A stretch of 64,000 bases of DNA. Source: Eledone cirrhosa (lineage: Eukaryota). Positions 29,660 to 44,525 of this stretch are shown piece after piece. Numbering within the stretch: the first letter of the stretch is position 1; the number at the start of each line of letters is the position of its first letter. Both the position numbers and the translations under genes were made by a program. The notes below the pieces were generated by a model that was not told the origin of the DNA, made no database searches, and saw only the letters and a program-made list of their open reading frames with translations. The stretch spans positions 42,594,001 through 42,658,000 of the forward strand of contig OZ024749.1 in assembly GCA_964016885.1 (NCBI GenBank). The letters are read 5' to 3'.

Positions 29660-29968
29660 TACGCGGTCGTGCCCTTGGCAGTGGAAACTTCTGGTGTCCT
29701 TAGCCCTAGGGCTACCTTCCTATTCACCACCATAGGCGTTGAGCTGGCCAGCCGCAGGTGTGAGCCTTCCAGCGCATCTCCCTTACCATCCTCCGGGGAA
29801 ACGCCTTCTCAATCCTGTCCACCCGGGGCTGTCGGGTGGCCAGCACGTGGTACCTCATTTGCTCACTATACTCGGGCGAGAGAGATGGGGGCGATGATGG
29901 TGGGAGTTCGGCTCTTCCGAGTTCGGACACCACACTGCACCTGTCGTGTGGATCATGTGATAATAAAT
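29660..29968 (+). mobile_element. Second CRE-like 3' fragment
   Basis: Near-identical to 1930-2130 but with an ~19-nt frameshifting deletion after gagcct; ends aataaa-(CA). Confidence 0.7.
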
Positions 29969-29975
29969 ACACACA

Positions 29976-30041
<66 letters not shown>

Positions 30042-30628
30042 TTAAAACAATATGCCATGTGCCGTTTCGTTGACCCGAGAATACTTGATGTCGAAACCGC
30101 GGTGGACATGTAAAAATAGCAAAGAGGTGTGTTAAAGTGAGGGAGAGAGAGTGAGAGTGAGAAGGAAAAATGGAGAGAGGGAGAGAGACTGTGTGAGAGA
30201 GAGAGACGAGAGAGAGAGAGAGAGAGAGAGATAATGATGAGTGAAAAGAGATGGAGAGACACAACGAATGAAAGAGAGAGAGAGAGACAGTGAGAGGGAG
30301 GGAGAGAGAAAGAGAGAGAGGAGAGAGAGAGAGAGGAAAGAGAGGAGAGAGAGAGATAGTAGAGTTGAAAGGTAATAATAGATTACATCTGATGGAAATC
30401 GATATTGATACATGCAGTTTAGAATTTCGATATTGCATTTCCCATGGTACTTCAGTTTTAGTATCTATATTTTGACTGTAAAAGCAATATTACACTACAC
30501 ACACACTACACACACACACTACATACATACATACACGCATACGTAGATACACACATACATACACACACATGTATATGCTACATTTTTGATATTCGTAACT
30601 AGCGTCACTTCACTATATATATATATAT

Positions 30629-30871
30629 AGGAAAAAGTATGACTCCGACGGCAGAGCTCAAGCCTATTTCTCACTCTACTACCCTAAGTATTGAGTACTC
30701 TGGTGCGTTATGGTCCATCTGGTTCCTTACCACAATTCCTTTGTTATATATATATATATGAGTCCCGAGTTCAATCGGGGGTTGCCACAGTAAGTATGGT
30801 ACTCAATACATTAGTAGAGTGTCTACAACAAATATAATATAGATGTCGAAACAGTTCTAGTCCTGTAGAAA

Positions 30872-30876
<5 letters not shown>
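30629..30876. mobile_element. Adjacent family A (+, 30629-30744) and family B (-, 30760-30876) PLE-like remnants
   Basis: Both match the families above with internal deletions; separated by a short (TA)n. Confidence 0.7.
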
Positions 30877-30951
<75 letters not shown>

Positions 30952-31575
30952 ATATATATATTTTTATATATGTATCTCTATATATATATGTATATCTCTC
31001 TCTATATATATAGCAAAGTTCTATATATAGCAAATATGTATATATGCGAAAAGTAAACGGCTAAACAACGCAGAAAAACAGCACAATACGATGAAGTTAT
31101 ATATTAGCTTAACGCCTGGTCTTGCCAATACAGTAGAATCTGCTTTGATATTGGTGTACAAATAAAGCTGAAATATCTTCTCTGCTTTCACCAGTTGACT
31201 AGAATTTATGTGAAACTATTCTAACGATACTCCATCTAATACAACACATTTTCTTTGACTTAATGTCATTGTGCACACACAAACCAACAAACACACACAC
31301 ATATATATACATACATATATATACACATATATATATTTATATATATATATATATATACATATATATATACATATACACACATTCATATATACATATACAC
31401 ACATTCATATATACATATACACACATACATATATACATATACACACATACATATATAAATATACACACGTACATATATACAAATACACACATACATATAT
31501 ACATATACACACATATATATATACATGCATACATACATATACATGCATACATACATATATATACATACATATACA

Positions 31576-31650
<75 letters not shown>

Positions 31651-31820
31651 ATACTTTGGGAGGGTAGATTTCTATATATATATAGAAATCCATGGCTTCT
31701 ACAGGAATAGAACTGTTTCATTCGAAGGAAATCATCTGGAAAGCCGTCTGTCAATGTGTTATATATATATATATTATATATTATGGAATACTGTTGGCTT
31801 CTTGCTACAATATTTTCATT

Positions 31821-31970
<150 letters not shown>

Positions 31971-32547
31971 AGCATACTCACTCACAAAGAATACAGGAAA
32001 TCCACAAACACACACGTGGATACATGCATACACATACTTCATATATATAACGTCCTAATGAAGTTATGGCAGTGGGAACTTTACATAAAATAGTGGTATG
32101 GTTTCAGCCATGTTTTGAACAATGATTTATAGGTTCTGAGACCAAATATATTTAGGGAGCAGCATCTCATTCAATGTTTCATCCCCTAGAGATTTGTTTA
32201 CAGTGATTCACTTTGGCAGTATACAGAGCGTCCTAAAGTCTCTGTACAATTACATATATATATGTATACATATGAAATTGTCTAGTGAGCTTTGAGATAT
32301 ACTGTATTTTAGAAATTTCTAGATGAGGATGGGTATTACATAGATATATGCATATACATATACATGTGTACTGATAAAACCTAACATACACACAACACAC
32401 CCAGGTGTGAGAAGTGGGTGCAATACGTGTACGAGAGTATGTGTGAGATTAAGAGAGAGTATATGGTGGGACAGGGTAGGAATAGAGAGGTGCGAAATAC
32501 ACACATATACACACACACATATATAAATATATACATAGTAATATACA

Positions 32548-32627
<80 letters not shown>

Positions 32628-33370
32628 AGCACACATAAAATATGAATACACACGTACACTTACACCTTCATACAGATATACGTTAGATACTCTTAATTAT
32701 AACTACATAAAAAGGAACTTGTATTTCTACGCATACATACTAAGGCAGAGATAAGAACGTATACATATGCATATATACACGATTACATATACACACATAC
32801 ATATACAGACATATACAGGGATATACCAGGACTGTAGCATCCGAATACCACATATACACATCATATACACACCATATACACACCATATACACACCACATA
32901 TACAGCTATGTGTTTCCTTAAGTTAGTTAACGCCAAATTATACATACATTAAACATTAATTCGTACTTATCAGATATTTTAGTTCAGTGTTAACACGTCC
33001 GAACTAGTCATGTGACGACGTTTGGCTGTTTGAAGATAGGGAGGGGGTTAAACACGATAGCGTATTGTACTGTGTTAGCTTTGGCACACATGATAACACA
33101 ACACTGCCAAGGTTGGCAGACGATAACGTATAGCAAGCTTTTCCAATATGGCCGCCGTAACAAAATTCAGAGGTGTTGAAAGTGAAATAAGAATATTTTG
33201 TTTTTAATTTTATATTCTAGGTTTAGGATCATTATTTACTGGTTAGTGCGATTTTCCCCTTTACTAATAAAATAAAGCTTTGCTTTAAAATGAAAATTTA
33301 AAATGAAATCCTCAATTTAAAAGAATTAAAAGTAACCGTGCTGAAAAAATAAGTTCCGTCATTAAAATAC

Positions 33371-33572
33371 TACGGTCGGCTGAAACGTTCATAGGCTAAC
33401 TATAAAGGAGTGGTGCTAGAGCTGTGAAATCTTGCATGCATTAATTTCAACTCCTTTTTTTATTATTAATAACTGCATTGTTTCTTTCCAGGGTAAATGT
33501 TAAAAAATAAACCTCATTTGGTCAATCCAAGAGAGTATCTTGGTCAGCCTATGGACCTTTCTGCGGACCCTC
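33371..33572. mobile_element. Tc1/mariner-type MITE (same family as 23647)
   Basis: ggtcggctgaaacgttcataggctaac ... ggtcagcctatggacctttctgcggaccctc; shared internal catttggtca..ccaagagagtatcttgg. Confidence 0.6.
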
Positions 33573-33688
33573 CTGTTAACACAACTAATTTTTTTTGGGT
33601 GGTGGTGGTTAAGCGTCGCAACAAATTTCTTTTAAAAAAAGGGGCCGTAATATAAATTATTTGGGAGGGCTTGGCTCATAGCACTATC

Positions 33689-34260
33689 AAGTTTGGCTGA
33701 CGACAGCTCATAGTGCTGTCACGTTAGGGAGGGGGGGGGGTGACACACAGTTTGGCTGACGACAGCTCATAATGCTCTCACGTTGGGGGACATAGTTTGG
33801 CTGACGACAGCTCAGTGCTGTCACCTTGGGAGACACACAGTTTGGCTGACGGCAGCTCATAATGCTCTCACGTTGGAGGACACAGTTTGGCTAACGACAG
33901 CTCATAATGCTCTCACGTTGGAGGACACAGTTTGGCTGACGGCAGCTCATAATGCTCTCACGTTGGAGGACACAGTTTGGCTGACGGCAGCTCATAATGC
34001 TCTCACGTTGGAGGACACAGTTTGGCTGACGACAGCTCATAATGCTCTCACGTTGGGGACACAGTTTGGCTGACGACAGCTCAGTGCTGTCACCTTGCGA
34101 GACACACAGTTTGGCTGACGGCAGCTCATAGTGCTGTCACGTTGGGGGACAGAGTTTGGCTGACGACAGCTCATAGTGCTGTCACCTTGGGAGACACACA
34201 GTTTGGCTGACGGTAGCTCATAATGCTCTCACGTTGGGGGACACTCACGACAGCTCATAG
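33689..34260. repeat. 45-bp GC-richer minisatellite, about 12 units
   Basis: Unit cagtttggctgacggcagctcataatgctctcacgttggaggaca with two alternating variants. Confidence 0.95.
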
Positions 34261-35624
34261 TATTATCTTGTTGCCGACTCATAATAGATCACACACATAC
34301 ACAGTACTGTGAAATTGAGGACACAACACCTCACAGTCAGACGATACCAGAGTCTAAATACAGGAATAGAAGAATATAAATATCGGAAAGTCTTTGATAT
34401 TTCGGTAGGATGACAGAAGAATCCTGTTTCACTTTTGATAAACTTAAATTTGAGATTGACGTTAATGCACTGAAGTAGTGGTAGGCTGTGTGGTTGTTAG
34501 GAGATGGTGGTGGTGTGAGGAGGTGGTGGTGGTGGTGGTGGTGTGAGGAGGTGGTGGTGGTGTGAGGGGGTGGTGGTGGCGGTGTGAGTAGGTGGTGGTG
34601 ATGGTGGTGATGATGGTGGTGGTGGTGTGAGGAGGTGGTGGTGTGAGGAGGTGGTGGTGGTGGTGTGTGTAGGTGGTGGTGGTGTGAGGGGTGGGTGGTG
34701 GCAGTGTGAGGAGGTGGTGGTAGTGTGAGGAGGTGGTGGTGGTGGTAGTGTGAGGAGGTGGTGGTGTTGTGAGGAGGAGATGGAGGTGGTGGTGTTGTGA
34801 GGAGGAGATGGAGGCGGTGGTGTTGTGAAGAAGTGTTGTAAGGAGGTGGTAGGCAGTGTGGTTGTTAGGAGGCGGTGGTGGCGGTGTTGTGAGGAGGTGG
34901 TGGTGGTGTTGGGGGTGTTATGAGGAGATGGTGGAGGTGGGATTAAGTGGAGGTGGTGGTGATGTTAAGAGGAGGAGGTGGTGGTGGTGGTGGGGTTATG
35001 AGGTGGTGGTGGTGGTGGTGGGGTTAAGAGGTGGCGGTGGTGGTGGTGAGGTTAAGAGGTGTGTTAACAATACATGGTGTTATACGCATGTAATTGTGTA
35101 TATGTGTGTATTAATGCATTGGTGTGTATGTGTGTATGCATAGATTTGCATATACACGTCTATGTATGGATTTGTGTATACGTTTGTATTTATGTATGTA
35201 TTTATATACGTATGTATGCAGTTATGTGTCTATGTATGTATGTATGTATGGAGGAGATTCTGTCTCTGTGTGTATGTGTGTATGTATGTATGTATGTATG
35301 TATGTATGGAAGAGATTCTGTGTGTCTGTGTGTATATATCCCTGTATGTATGTATGTATGTATGTATCTATGTATGTATGTATGTATGGAAGAGATTCTG
35401 TGTGTCTCTGTGTGTATGTATGTATGTATGTATGTATGTATGTATGTATGTATGTATGTATGTATGGAAGAGATTCTGTGTGTATCTGTATGTGTGTATG
35501 TATGTATGTATCTATGTATGTATCTATGTATGTATGTATCTATGTGTCTATGTATGTATATATGTATGAATTTATGTATGCATGTATGCAGTTATGTAAG
35601 TATGTATGTATATATGCAGGAGCT

Positions 35625-35693
<69 letters not shown>

Positions 35694-35994
35694 CTATTTA
35701 TGTATGTATGTATGTATGTATGTATGTATGTATGTATGTATGTATGTATGTATAAATAAAGTAATACATACACACACACATGTACAAACACATATACACA
35801 CACATGACGATGACAAGAGTGATGATGTTGTTGATTGTTATAATGATTATGGTGGCGGCGACGGGGGGGGGGGGATGTTAGCTGCCAGGCTGTAGGTTAA
35901 GGGAAGGTGGTGGCGCCGGGAGGGGCAGAACTTGTACGTAATGATCATAGTGATGGTGATGACAGTGGCGAAAGAAAATTTAATCAACACCATC

Positions 35995-36027
<33 letters not shown>

Positions 36028-36446
36028 GCCATTACTGACTCTATGTTGATCGTTGCATCACCGCATTAGCGTCATCGTGATAATTAACTTCCGCCTTGTC
36101 ATCATCATCACCCACACCACCACACACATACATACGTACACACATACATACACACATACACGCATACATACACACATACATACATACATACACACATATA
36201 TACCTACACACATACATACACACATACACACATACATACATACATACACACACACATACATACATACATATATACATACACACACATACACACACACACA
36301 CACACATACATACACACATACATACATACACACACCCATACACACATACATACATACACACATACACACACACATACATACATACACACACACATACATA
36401 CATACACACATACATACATACATACACATATATATAAATATATCAG

Positions 36447-36644
36447 ATAGGGTGTGGTAAAAAAACCAGGTAGACCATAACCCACTAGAGTACTCGATAC
36501 CTGGGGTAGTAGAGCGGGTAATATGAAAAGAGTCAGGACCCCGACGGCTGAGCTCTGGCCGTTTCGACAGCTAGACCAGAACTGTTCGGATCTAGCTGTC
36601 GAAACGGTCGGATCCCAGCCGTCGGGGTCCTGAATCTTTTCATA
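36447..36644 (-). mobile_element. Family A' PLE-like fold-back remnant
   Basis: Arms 36522-36575 / 36591-36644 with GAAAcgg(c)-loop-gccgTC-ggggtcc; tail related to family A; solo arm at 40581-40641. Confidence 0.7.
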
Positions 36645-36719
36645 TATACATGAATATATATATATATATGTACATATGTACATATGTACATATGTGTGTG
36701 TGTGTGTGTGTTTGGTGTA

Positions 36720-38418
36720 TAATTGTTTCTACTTTAGGCACAAGGCCAGCAATTACCCAGTGCATTACTGGTACTTTATTTTATCGACCCCGTAAGGATG
36801 AAAGGCAAAGTCAACCTCGGCGGGATTTGAACTCAGATCGTAAAGGGACGTAACTATGCTGGAAAGCATGGCGTCTGACCCTCTAGTGTATAATAACAGT
36901 CAGTTACAGTTTAAGCTCGTATATCTGATGAGATGTCGAAAAGGAGCCGTAACTCTATGCGTCAAAGCATGGCGTCCGACCCGCTACCGACACTGCCAAC
37001 ATACTTATTAACACAAAATGCTATTTAAACAAAAAAATATTTCTACATAAAAATATGCTGGCATGTTAGAATGAAGCTGAGGACCCGTTAAAAAGTAAGT
37101 GTTACTTTGACAATTCTCTCGGGTGAAGTAAATCGTGCAGTTTTCTGGGTTTACAAACATATAAACCTGGCTTTTAGCCAGGACGAGAAAAACACTAGGT
37201 GCTAATTTGGAGGGCGCGGGGATGATGATGAGAATGAAAGGATTATTATTGTCGTCGTCGTCATCGTCATCATCGTCATCGTCATCGTCATCATCGTCGT
37301 CATCGTCATCATCGTCATCGTCGTCATCGACATCGTCATCATCATTATCGTCGTCATCGACATCGTCGTGATCATCATCATCATCATCATAATTATTAGG
37401 GTGGTGGATTGCCAGTATCGGTAGAGCGTCGAACACCATACTTTACAGGATAGAGTTACGTCCCTATGCGTTCTGAGTTCAATTCCCGCCGACCGAGCCG
37501 AGCTGAGCTTTGTATTTCATACTTAAGGGGTCGATAAAATAAAGCACCTGTAATGCACTGGGGTCGATTTAATCGACGCTCCCCTCCCCCAAAATTGTTG
37601 ACCTTTTGCCTATATCAGAAGCCATTATTATGAGGTGGGTGGATTGGCAGAATCGGTAGAGTGTCAGACATGCTTTGCGGCATATAAGGACCTCGACATT
37701 CTGAGTTCAAATTCCACCAAGGTTAGATTTGCCTTTCATCCTTAAAGGGTCGATAATATAAAGTACCAGTAATGCTCTTGGATCGATTTAATGGAATTTC
37801 TCCTTCCCTTCAAATTGCTGGCCTTGTGCCAAAAGTAGAAATCATTATTATAGAGTTACGGCCCTTGCCATTCTGAGTTCAAATCCCGCCAAGGTTAACT
37901 TTGCCTTTCATCCTTACGGGGTTGATAAAATAAAGTACCAGTAATGCACTGGGTAATTGCTGGCCTTGTGCCTAAAGTAGAAACAATTATTATTAGTAGC
38001 AGTACTACTAATAGTATTAGTAGTAATAGCAGTAGTATAACATTAGTAGTAATAGCAGTAGTACAACAGTAGTAGTAATAGCAGTAGTACAGCATTAGTA
38101 GTAATAGCAGTAGTACAACAGTAGTAGTAATAGCAGTAGTATAACATTAGTAGTAATAGCAGTAGTATAACATTAGTAGTAATAGCAGTAGTAATAGTGG
38201 TTTCTGATTTAGACACAAGGCCAACAATTTTCTGTGGGGAGGGGAATGTCGATTAAATAGACCCCAGTGCATTACTGGTGTTTTATTTTATCGACCCTAT
38301 AAGGATGAAAGGCAAAGCTAACATCGGCGGGATTTGAATTCAGAACGTAAAGGGCCGCAACACTATGCTGCAAAGCATGGTGTCCGACGCTCTAACGATA
38401 CTGACCAAACCACCGCTC
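36720..38418. mobile_element. Cluster of main-family SINEs (36720-36885 -, 37398-37628 +, 37633-37848 +, 37851-37990 +, 38198-38418 -)
   Basis: Each has the gcctttcatcctt..ggggtcgataaaataaagtacc core and the ggccttgtgcc..tagaaac end. Confidence 0.85.
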
Positions 38419-38478
38419 TTTATTAGTAGTAATAGTAATAGCAATATATGAGGAGGTGGAGGAGGAAGGCCGTATAGA

Positions 38479-38510
<32 letters not shown>

Positions 38511-38814
38511 TGGGGTGGTGGGGTGGGTGGGTGGGTTTTTTTTGGGGGGGGCGTTGGGGATGATATTCAACAGAACAGAGATGGCCAATAACAATGTGTG
38601 TTTATTTCTTTAGGACTCTAAACCAACCACAACAACAAATCTATAATCCCAGCACCATTAAGCTGGGTGTAATTATGTTTTCCCTCATGTACAGTTCACT
38701 AGAGAAAACAATAGAATATTGGTTATAAAACCCTAGTTACTGCTCATACTTGTATGTATGTATGTATGTATGTATGTATGTATGTATGTATGTATGTATG
38801 TATGTATGTCTGTC

Positions 38815-39200
38815 TGTCAAGGCAGAATTCTAGGAGAAGGAAAACTCTGATATAACACCTGCAACCCTGATGGTATCCAATGATGTTGAATTGTTCTTCT
38901 TTTTGGTAAATATCATCTTGGTTAAGAGAGTGGGACTGGTTTTGTGCAGTGCCTTTGCTCACTATAAAAGCTTCACGGCACAGGCATTGCTTTATATCTG
39001 GAGATCTCTCTGCACTTGTCGTCACATGGTACCATGGCCCAGCACAATGTGTCAATAATTGTCACAAGTGTAGTGTTTGTACCAGAGTTTTCAAGTCGCT
39101 GGCTGGACTAAAAAGTCACACTCGTTCAGCGCATTGGTAGGGGTTCTCCTACATGGATATAAAGTAGTGGCCGTACTCGAAAACGAGTTGGCAGCCACCA
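38815..39200 (+). mobile_element. Bipartite non-autonomous RTE-derived retroelement, 5'-truncated copy 1
   Basis: ggagaaggaaaactctga (RTE 5'UTR-like) joined to a HKCSVCTRVFKSLAGLKSHTRSAH-stop C2H2-type finger; inserted in (TATG)n. Confidence 0.7.
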
Positions 39201-39392
39201 TGTATGTATGTATAGAGCAAACATCACGGGCGCTCTATCTCAAAATTATTTTTGAAAAGCATTAGAAATGCGCAACCGGTAAAACTTAAAACTAAAACTG
39301 AATACTAACCAATACTATTACTAATTTTTACTTATTCCTAATTAAACTATTTTTCACTGGGAACAATTTGACAGCATTTTCTTTTCCGTTTA

Positions 39393-39438
<46 letters not shown>

Positions 39439-39521
39439 TATCGTCTTCCTGTCTTCCTGTCTTCCTCCGGTTGCAACGTTTTTTGAAATATCCAGTTCTG
39501 CGTTTACAGATTGACTTTGTT

Positions 39522-39572
39522 AGTTTCAGAAGATCCCGTTAAGGGTGAAAGCAGCGATTCTTTGCTTAAACT
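39522..39572 (+). ncRNA. Variant hammerhead-like motif (family F, CAGAAGA core)
   Basis: agttt-CAGAAGA-tccc-gttaa-gggt-GAAA-gca-gcgattctt-tgcTT-aaact: stems I, II and III all pair. Confidence 0.55.
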
Positions 39573-39588
39573 TTAATCTGTTATTTTA

Positions 39589-39701
<113 letters not shown>

Positions 39702-40650
39702 AATATTCACAGCTTGGCTTTCAAAATGTTAATTTATTAAACATACCGTATATCTTTAGATATACGAAATTCCCATACATATATGTATACAGCTATGCTG
39801 AATCAAAATTTTTATTGATCCAAGCTTTGTAAGTTGAATTGAGCTGCGGAAACTGCCTAGAAGCCCATGGTAGGAACTGTGCTTGTATTTCAAAAAGGGC
39901 AAAAATGTTTGTCATAATGTGTTAAAACGAACCATCCCAAGAATTACGTTATGGGTATACATGTCTGTGGAATGCGTAGACACTTGCACGTTAATTGGTC
40001 TTTTCATTGATCGAATAACTGAGACACTGATCGCCGGAATCCGACAGAGGTTCATTTTTGCAATTCTTTTCATACTTATTTATGTCAAGTGCACTTTTAA
40101 AATAGAATGATATGTATTAATCGATTGCTGAGTTGGAAATGGGCCATCAATTATTAATGACATACAGGAATTTGTTTTAACTTCTGAGTTCACCTATATC
40201 GCCTTATTTTTTAAATTTTACTGTCCTCGATAAAATAACAGCCATGACGCCAGTGACGCTATGGCTATCGATTTAACAAACTATGTGGGTCCTTAACTCT
40301 TCACAGAGTCGTAGGCTCACCGCCCTAATACTTGGTTTATCCTGGGAATTTTAAACCTGGCGGAGTTCCATTACTGTTCAAGTCTGGGCTCAGTCGATTA
40401 CATGGAGAGAGAGAGAGTGAGAGAGAGAGTGAGAGAGAAAGAGAGAAAGAAAGAGAGAGAGAGAAAGAGCGAGAGAGAGAGAGAGTGAAGAAATGCATAT
40501 TTATAAGCGACACGTACACAAACTTCAAAACATACACACACACATATATATATATAAGTTTATCCCGGGTTCAATATATATAGGAAAAGAGTCAGGACCC
40601 CGACGGCTGAGCTCCGGCCGTTTCGACAGCTAGATCCGAACTTATATATC

Positions 40651-40690
<40 letters not shown>

Positions 40691-40914
40691 TATATAAACG
40701 GAAAAAATGTAACGAAATTTCATTTCTCACTCTTAGTACGGCTGTTACTTAAATACAAGTATGTACACGTACATACATATATGTATACAGACGTACAGTA
40801 GTATGTATATATATATATACATACATGCACACATATATATATATGTACGTATGGATTCACCGAACATTTATTATAATGCTCGGTGTGTTTGTAAACAAAC
40901 ATCCCGTATTAAGC

Positions 40915-41300
40915 CGTAATTTTCTCATTGCTCTCCTTTTCTTATTGCTTTCCTTGCTCTCCTTTTATCCCTTTTCTCATTGCTCTCCTTTTATCTTTGC
41001 TCTCCTTTTATCCTTGCTCTCCTTTTCTCATTGCTCTCCTTTAATCTTTGTTCTCCTTGCTCTCCTATTCTTATTGCTCTCCTTGCTCTTCTTTTCTCAT
41101 TGCTCTCTTTTTATCCTTGCTCTCCTATTCTTATTGCACTCCTTGCTCTCCTTTTCTCCCCTTTCTCCCCTTTTCTCCTTGCTCTCCCCTTTTATCCTTG
41201 TTCTTTTTGCTCTCCTTGCTCTCCTTTTATACTTGCTCTCCTTGGTCTCCTTTATCCTTGGCCTCCCTTTCTCTTTGCTCCCTCTTTCGCCTTTCTCCTT
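40915..41300. repeat. Degenerate pyrimidine-rich tandem repeat (ttgctctcct...)
   Basis: ttgctctc(c)t recurs about every 20 bp. Confidence 0.85.
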
Positions 41301-41433
41301 GTATCTATGTACTTGTTTATGAGAAAAGGGGAGCAAAGAGAAATATGAAAGGACAGTAAAGGGAGTATATATATATACATCTCATACATACATATATATA
41401 TATGTATATATGTCTATATATATATATTACTCA

Positions 41434-41597
41434 ACACAGTAAGTAAGGTACTCAATACAAAGCAGAGTATAAATATTTAATATAGAAATGGCTTCTACAG
41501 GACTAGAACTGTTTCATTCGGGAAAAAATCATCAGGAAGCCGAACTGATGATTTCTCCCGAATGAAAGAGTTCTAGTCCTGTAGAAGCCATTTCTAC
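41434..41597 (-). mobile_element. Family B PLE-like fold-back remnant
   Basis: Near-identical to 9741-9920; inverted arm 41545-41597 carries a second CTGATGA...GAAA core on +. Confidence 0.8.
41490..41541 (-). ncRNA. Type I hammerhead ribozyme (family B)
   Basis: Minus: ggcttc-CTGATGA-ttttttcccgaat-GAAA-cag-ttctagtc-ctgTA-gaagcc. Confidence 0.8.
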
Positions 41598-42077
41598 ATT
41601 AAATAAATATATATATATACATACACATATACTCACACACACATATATATATATAATGATATACACGCACACAAGCATGTATGTCTAAACGTACGTATGT
41701 CTGTACATACGTACGCATGTATTCATGTACGTATGCTAATGTTATATATTTTCCCAAGTTTGCAATATTAATTCGTGTCGTCGTCTTCACGTCTACAACA
41801 GTATCGAGATACTTCAGAGAAACAAGTCGTTTAGTCACGAATTGCATTTTCTTTATATTAAAAATCTCTGTAAAAGACACACAATTATATTCTTATCCTC
41901 CAATCAATAAGTCTAAATCTTCTTTGTGGCCGTTTTATTGAATGTTTTTATTATTTTTGATTTTTTTTTCGTTTTGTCTCTGTGGACATTTCATTTGACT
42001 ATTGTTAAATTTTGCTCCGTGTTCATGTTGTTAAGTACTTTGTACTGGCAGTAAGTTGTACAAGTCTATATATTATT

Positions 42078-42445
42078 GAGGCGACGAATTGGTAGAGTGG
42101 TTAAAACGTCGGATAGAATGCTTTGCTGTAGTAGTTCCCGTTCTCTATGCTCTGAGTTGAAATCCCACCGCGGTCAAATTTGCCTTTCATCTTTTCGATG
42201 TCGATAAAAGAAGTACCAGTCAACTACTGGTGTCGATTCTTCCTCTATACCCCTTTCTCACTTCCCTTTTCTCAATTCCTCTCTCTCACTTTCTAGCCTT
42301 CTCTGAAAGAAATCTGCCATGTTAAGACATAGAGATTGGATGGGCTCCGCCAGGTTTTAAAAGGGTCTAGAAACACCGTATGTTACTACAGCGCCCTTAC
42401 AACTCCTTCAGGAATTACGGGACCATGCATATATGCATGCAGGCA
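42078..42445 (+). mobile_element. SINE subfamily 2 with 3' extension
   Basis: tRNA head and core, then a CT-rich linker and ~180 bp shared with the inverted copy at ~52010-52400. Confidence 0.65.
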
Positions 42446-42769
42446 CTATATACCGTGATGAATTTTACATGTCTACCCACAAGTGAAGCGGCGAATTGGC
42501 AGAGTCATTAGAACGTCGGATAGAATGCTTTGCTGTATTCGTTCCCGCTCTGACTTCTGAGTTCCAATCCTTTCGCTGCTAATAGCTAAAGTCGATACTA
42601 GTCCAGTACTAGAGTCAGTTCTTCCCCAGTATCTCTTTCTTATCTTCGTGTGTGTGCATTTGTGACGGTAATTCAGAAGTCCAGCTTTGCGGTAGTGTAT
42701 TATGCTGAGAATTATGTTAAGAATACACATGTCTGTGGAAAACTCTACCAATTTTCCTGTTAATTCAGT

Positions 42770-43100
42770 CTTCTTTTTGTCGTATGACATACGCACAACA
42801 GTTAAAGAGGCAGGTGGATACCGGTGAGCCAGACCAAAGTATCCTTTGTAACATTATGGATTGCCTCCAGCTGCCAGGAAAACCTCTGAGGGGGCAGGCC
42901 TGAACACCATGCTGCACTGTCTTGTCAGAGTCCCCACAGTCACATGCTGCGCTGTTTTTAATTTTTCATCGATGGAGATGAAGGGCTGCCCTGGGCATGT
43001 GTTGTGCGAACTCGATTAAGGGACGCCTATTGCTCCCTGGAAAGGTCAAAGCTGACTGGGTTAGATGTGGCGGCCAGGACAAAGTCTTGGTTGGCGAATT
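42770..43100 (-). mobile_element. Decayed 3' end of an I-group (Ingi/Vingi-like) LINE
   Basis: Minus reads FDLSREQ*ASLNRVRT...LHR*KIKNSAACDCGDSDKTVQHGVQACPLRGFPG...WLTG with frameshifts; 3' end catacgacaaaaagaag. Confidence 0.6.
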
Positions 43101-43405
43101 AATTCAGTGAATAGATCGTTCGGTTGATCAGCCAAGAGGACAATTGCTCATACGTCGTTCTAAACAGGGGTGTTTATCACACACATACATACGTACACAT
43201 ACAGTACAACGCACAGACATTTAGAGACACACACAAACACGTATAGACAGAGACACACACATGTATTAATACATGCTCCTATTGTCTGTCTTTCTTTCAT
43301 GCATCATTCTGTTTTTCCATTATTTAAGGCAACTTATCAAAAACAAAATACGACAAAATGAAATAAGAAGATTAGATATAAAAATGAGGTCGGGGAAGGA
43401 AACAA

Positions 43406-43472
<67 letters not shown>

Positions 43473-43647
43473 GTATATATGTATAGATATATATGTATAT
43501 ATATATATATGTATATATATATGTACATATATGTATATATATATGTACATAATATATACATATATGTGTGTGTATATAAACATACATAAACAATATATAT
43601 ATATGTGTGTGTGCGCACATAAAGATATAAAGATACAAAAAATATAC

Positions 43648-43683
<36 letters not shown>

Positions 43684-43729
43684 TGTAAAACTCATTCTTT
43701 GATGTATTCATTGAATCTTGTTTAACTCT

Positions 43730-43794
<65 letters not shown>

Positions 43795-44399
43795 ATATAC
43801 ACATATAAATACACATATATATATGTGTGTGTGTGTGTTTCATTATATATATATATATAGACACACACACATACATACATACATACATACATACATACAT
43901 ACATACATACATACATACATACATACATACATACATACATACATACATACATACACACACATATATATAAAATATAAAAAGAAACCATCAATAGTTCGAA
44001 AACGTCAACTGAAAAAGCCCGAGGCAACAGATGAATATTTTACAAATGTAACAGATTGCCATTTGTGTGTAATGCTTGATGGAAGATAAGTTCCTGTAGC
44101 GCAGTTTTCCAATAAATAACTCCACACGAACCTGGTCGGATAATTGAAAGCGTTCTGGTCAACTGGCATTAGTGTATAAGCTACATTCATTGTAGTAATT
44201 CTAGCATTACATAGATAGAGTGATATAATAACACAGAAGACTGCATCGTTGTAAAGTAAACTATGTATGTATGTATGTATGTATGTATGTATGTATGTAT
44301 GTATGTATGTATGTATGTATGTATGTATATATACACACACACATATATATATATGTATACACATATATACATATATATACACATATATACATATATATG

Positions 44400-44437
<38 letters not shown>

Positions 44438-44477
44438 CACATATATACACATATATGTATATACACATATATATGTA

Positions 44478-44525
<48 letters not shown>

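Noticed and set aside
33783-34073. 15-aa repeat ORF / CRISPR-like periodicity
   Set aside because: 45-bp minisatellite without unique spacers, and variant units break the frame; the 80-bp array likewise has no spacers; eukaryotic context with no cas genes
36925-36941. CTGATGA-gatgtc-GAAA hammerhead core
   Set aside because: No stem I or III; it runs directly into a SINE fragment
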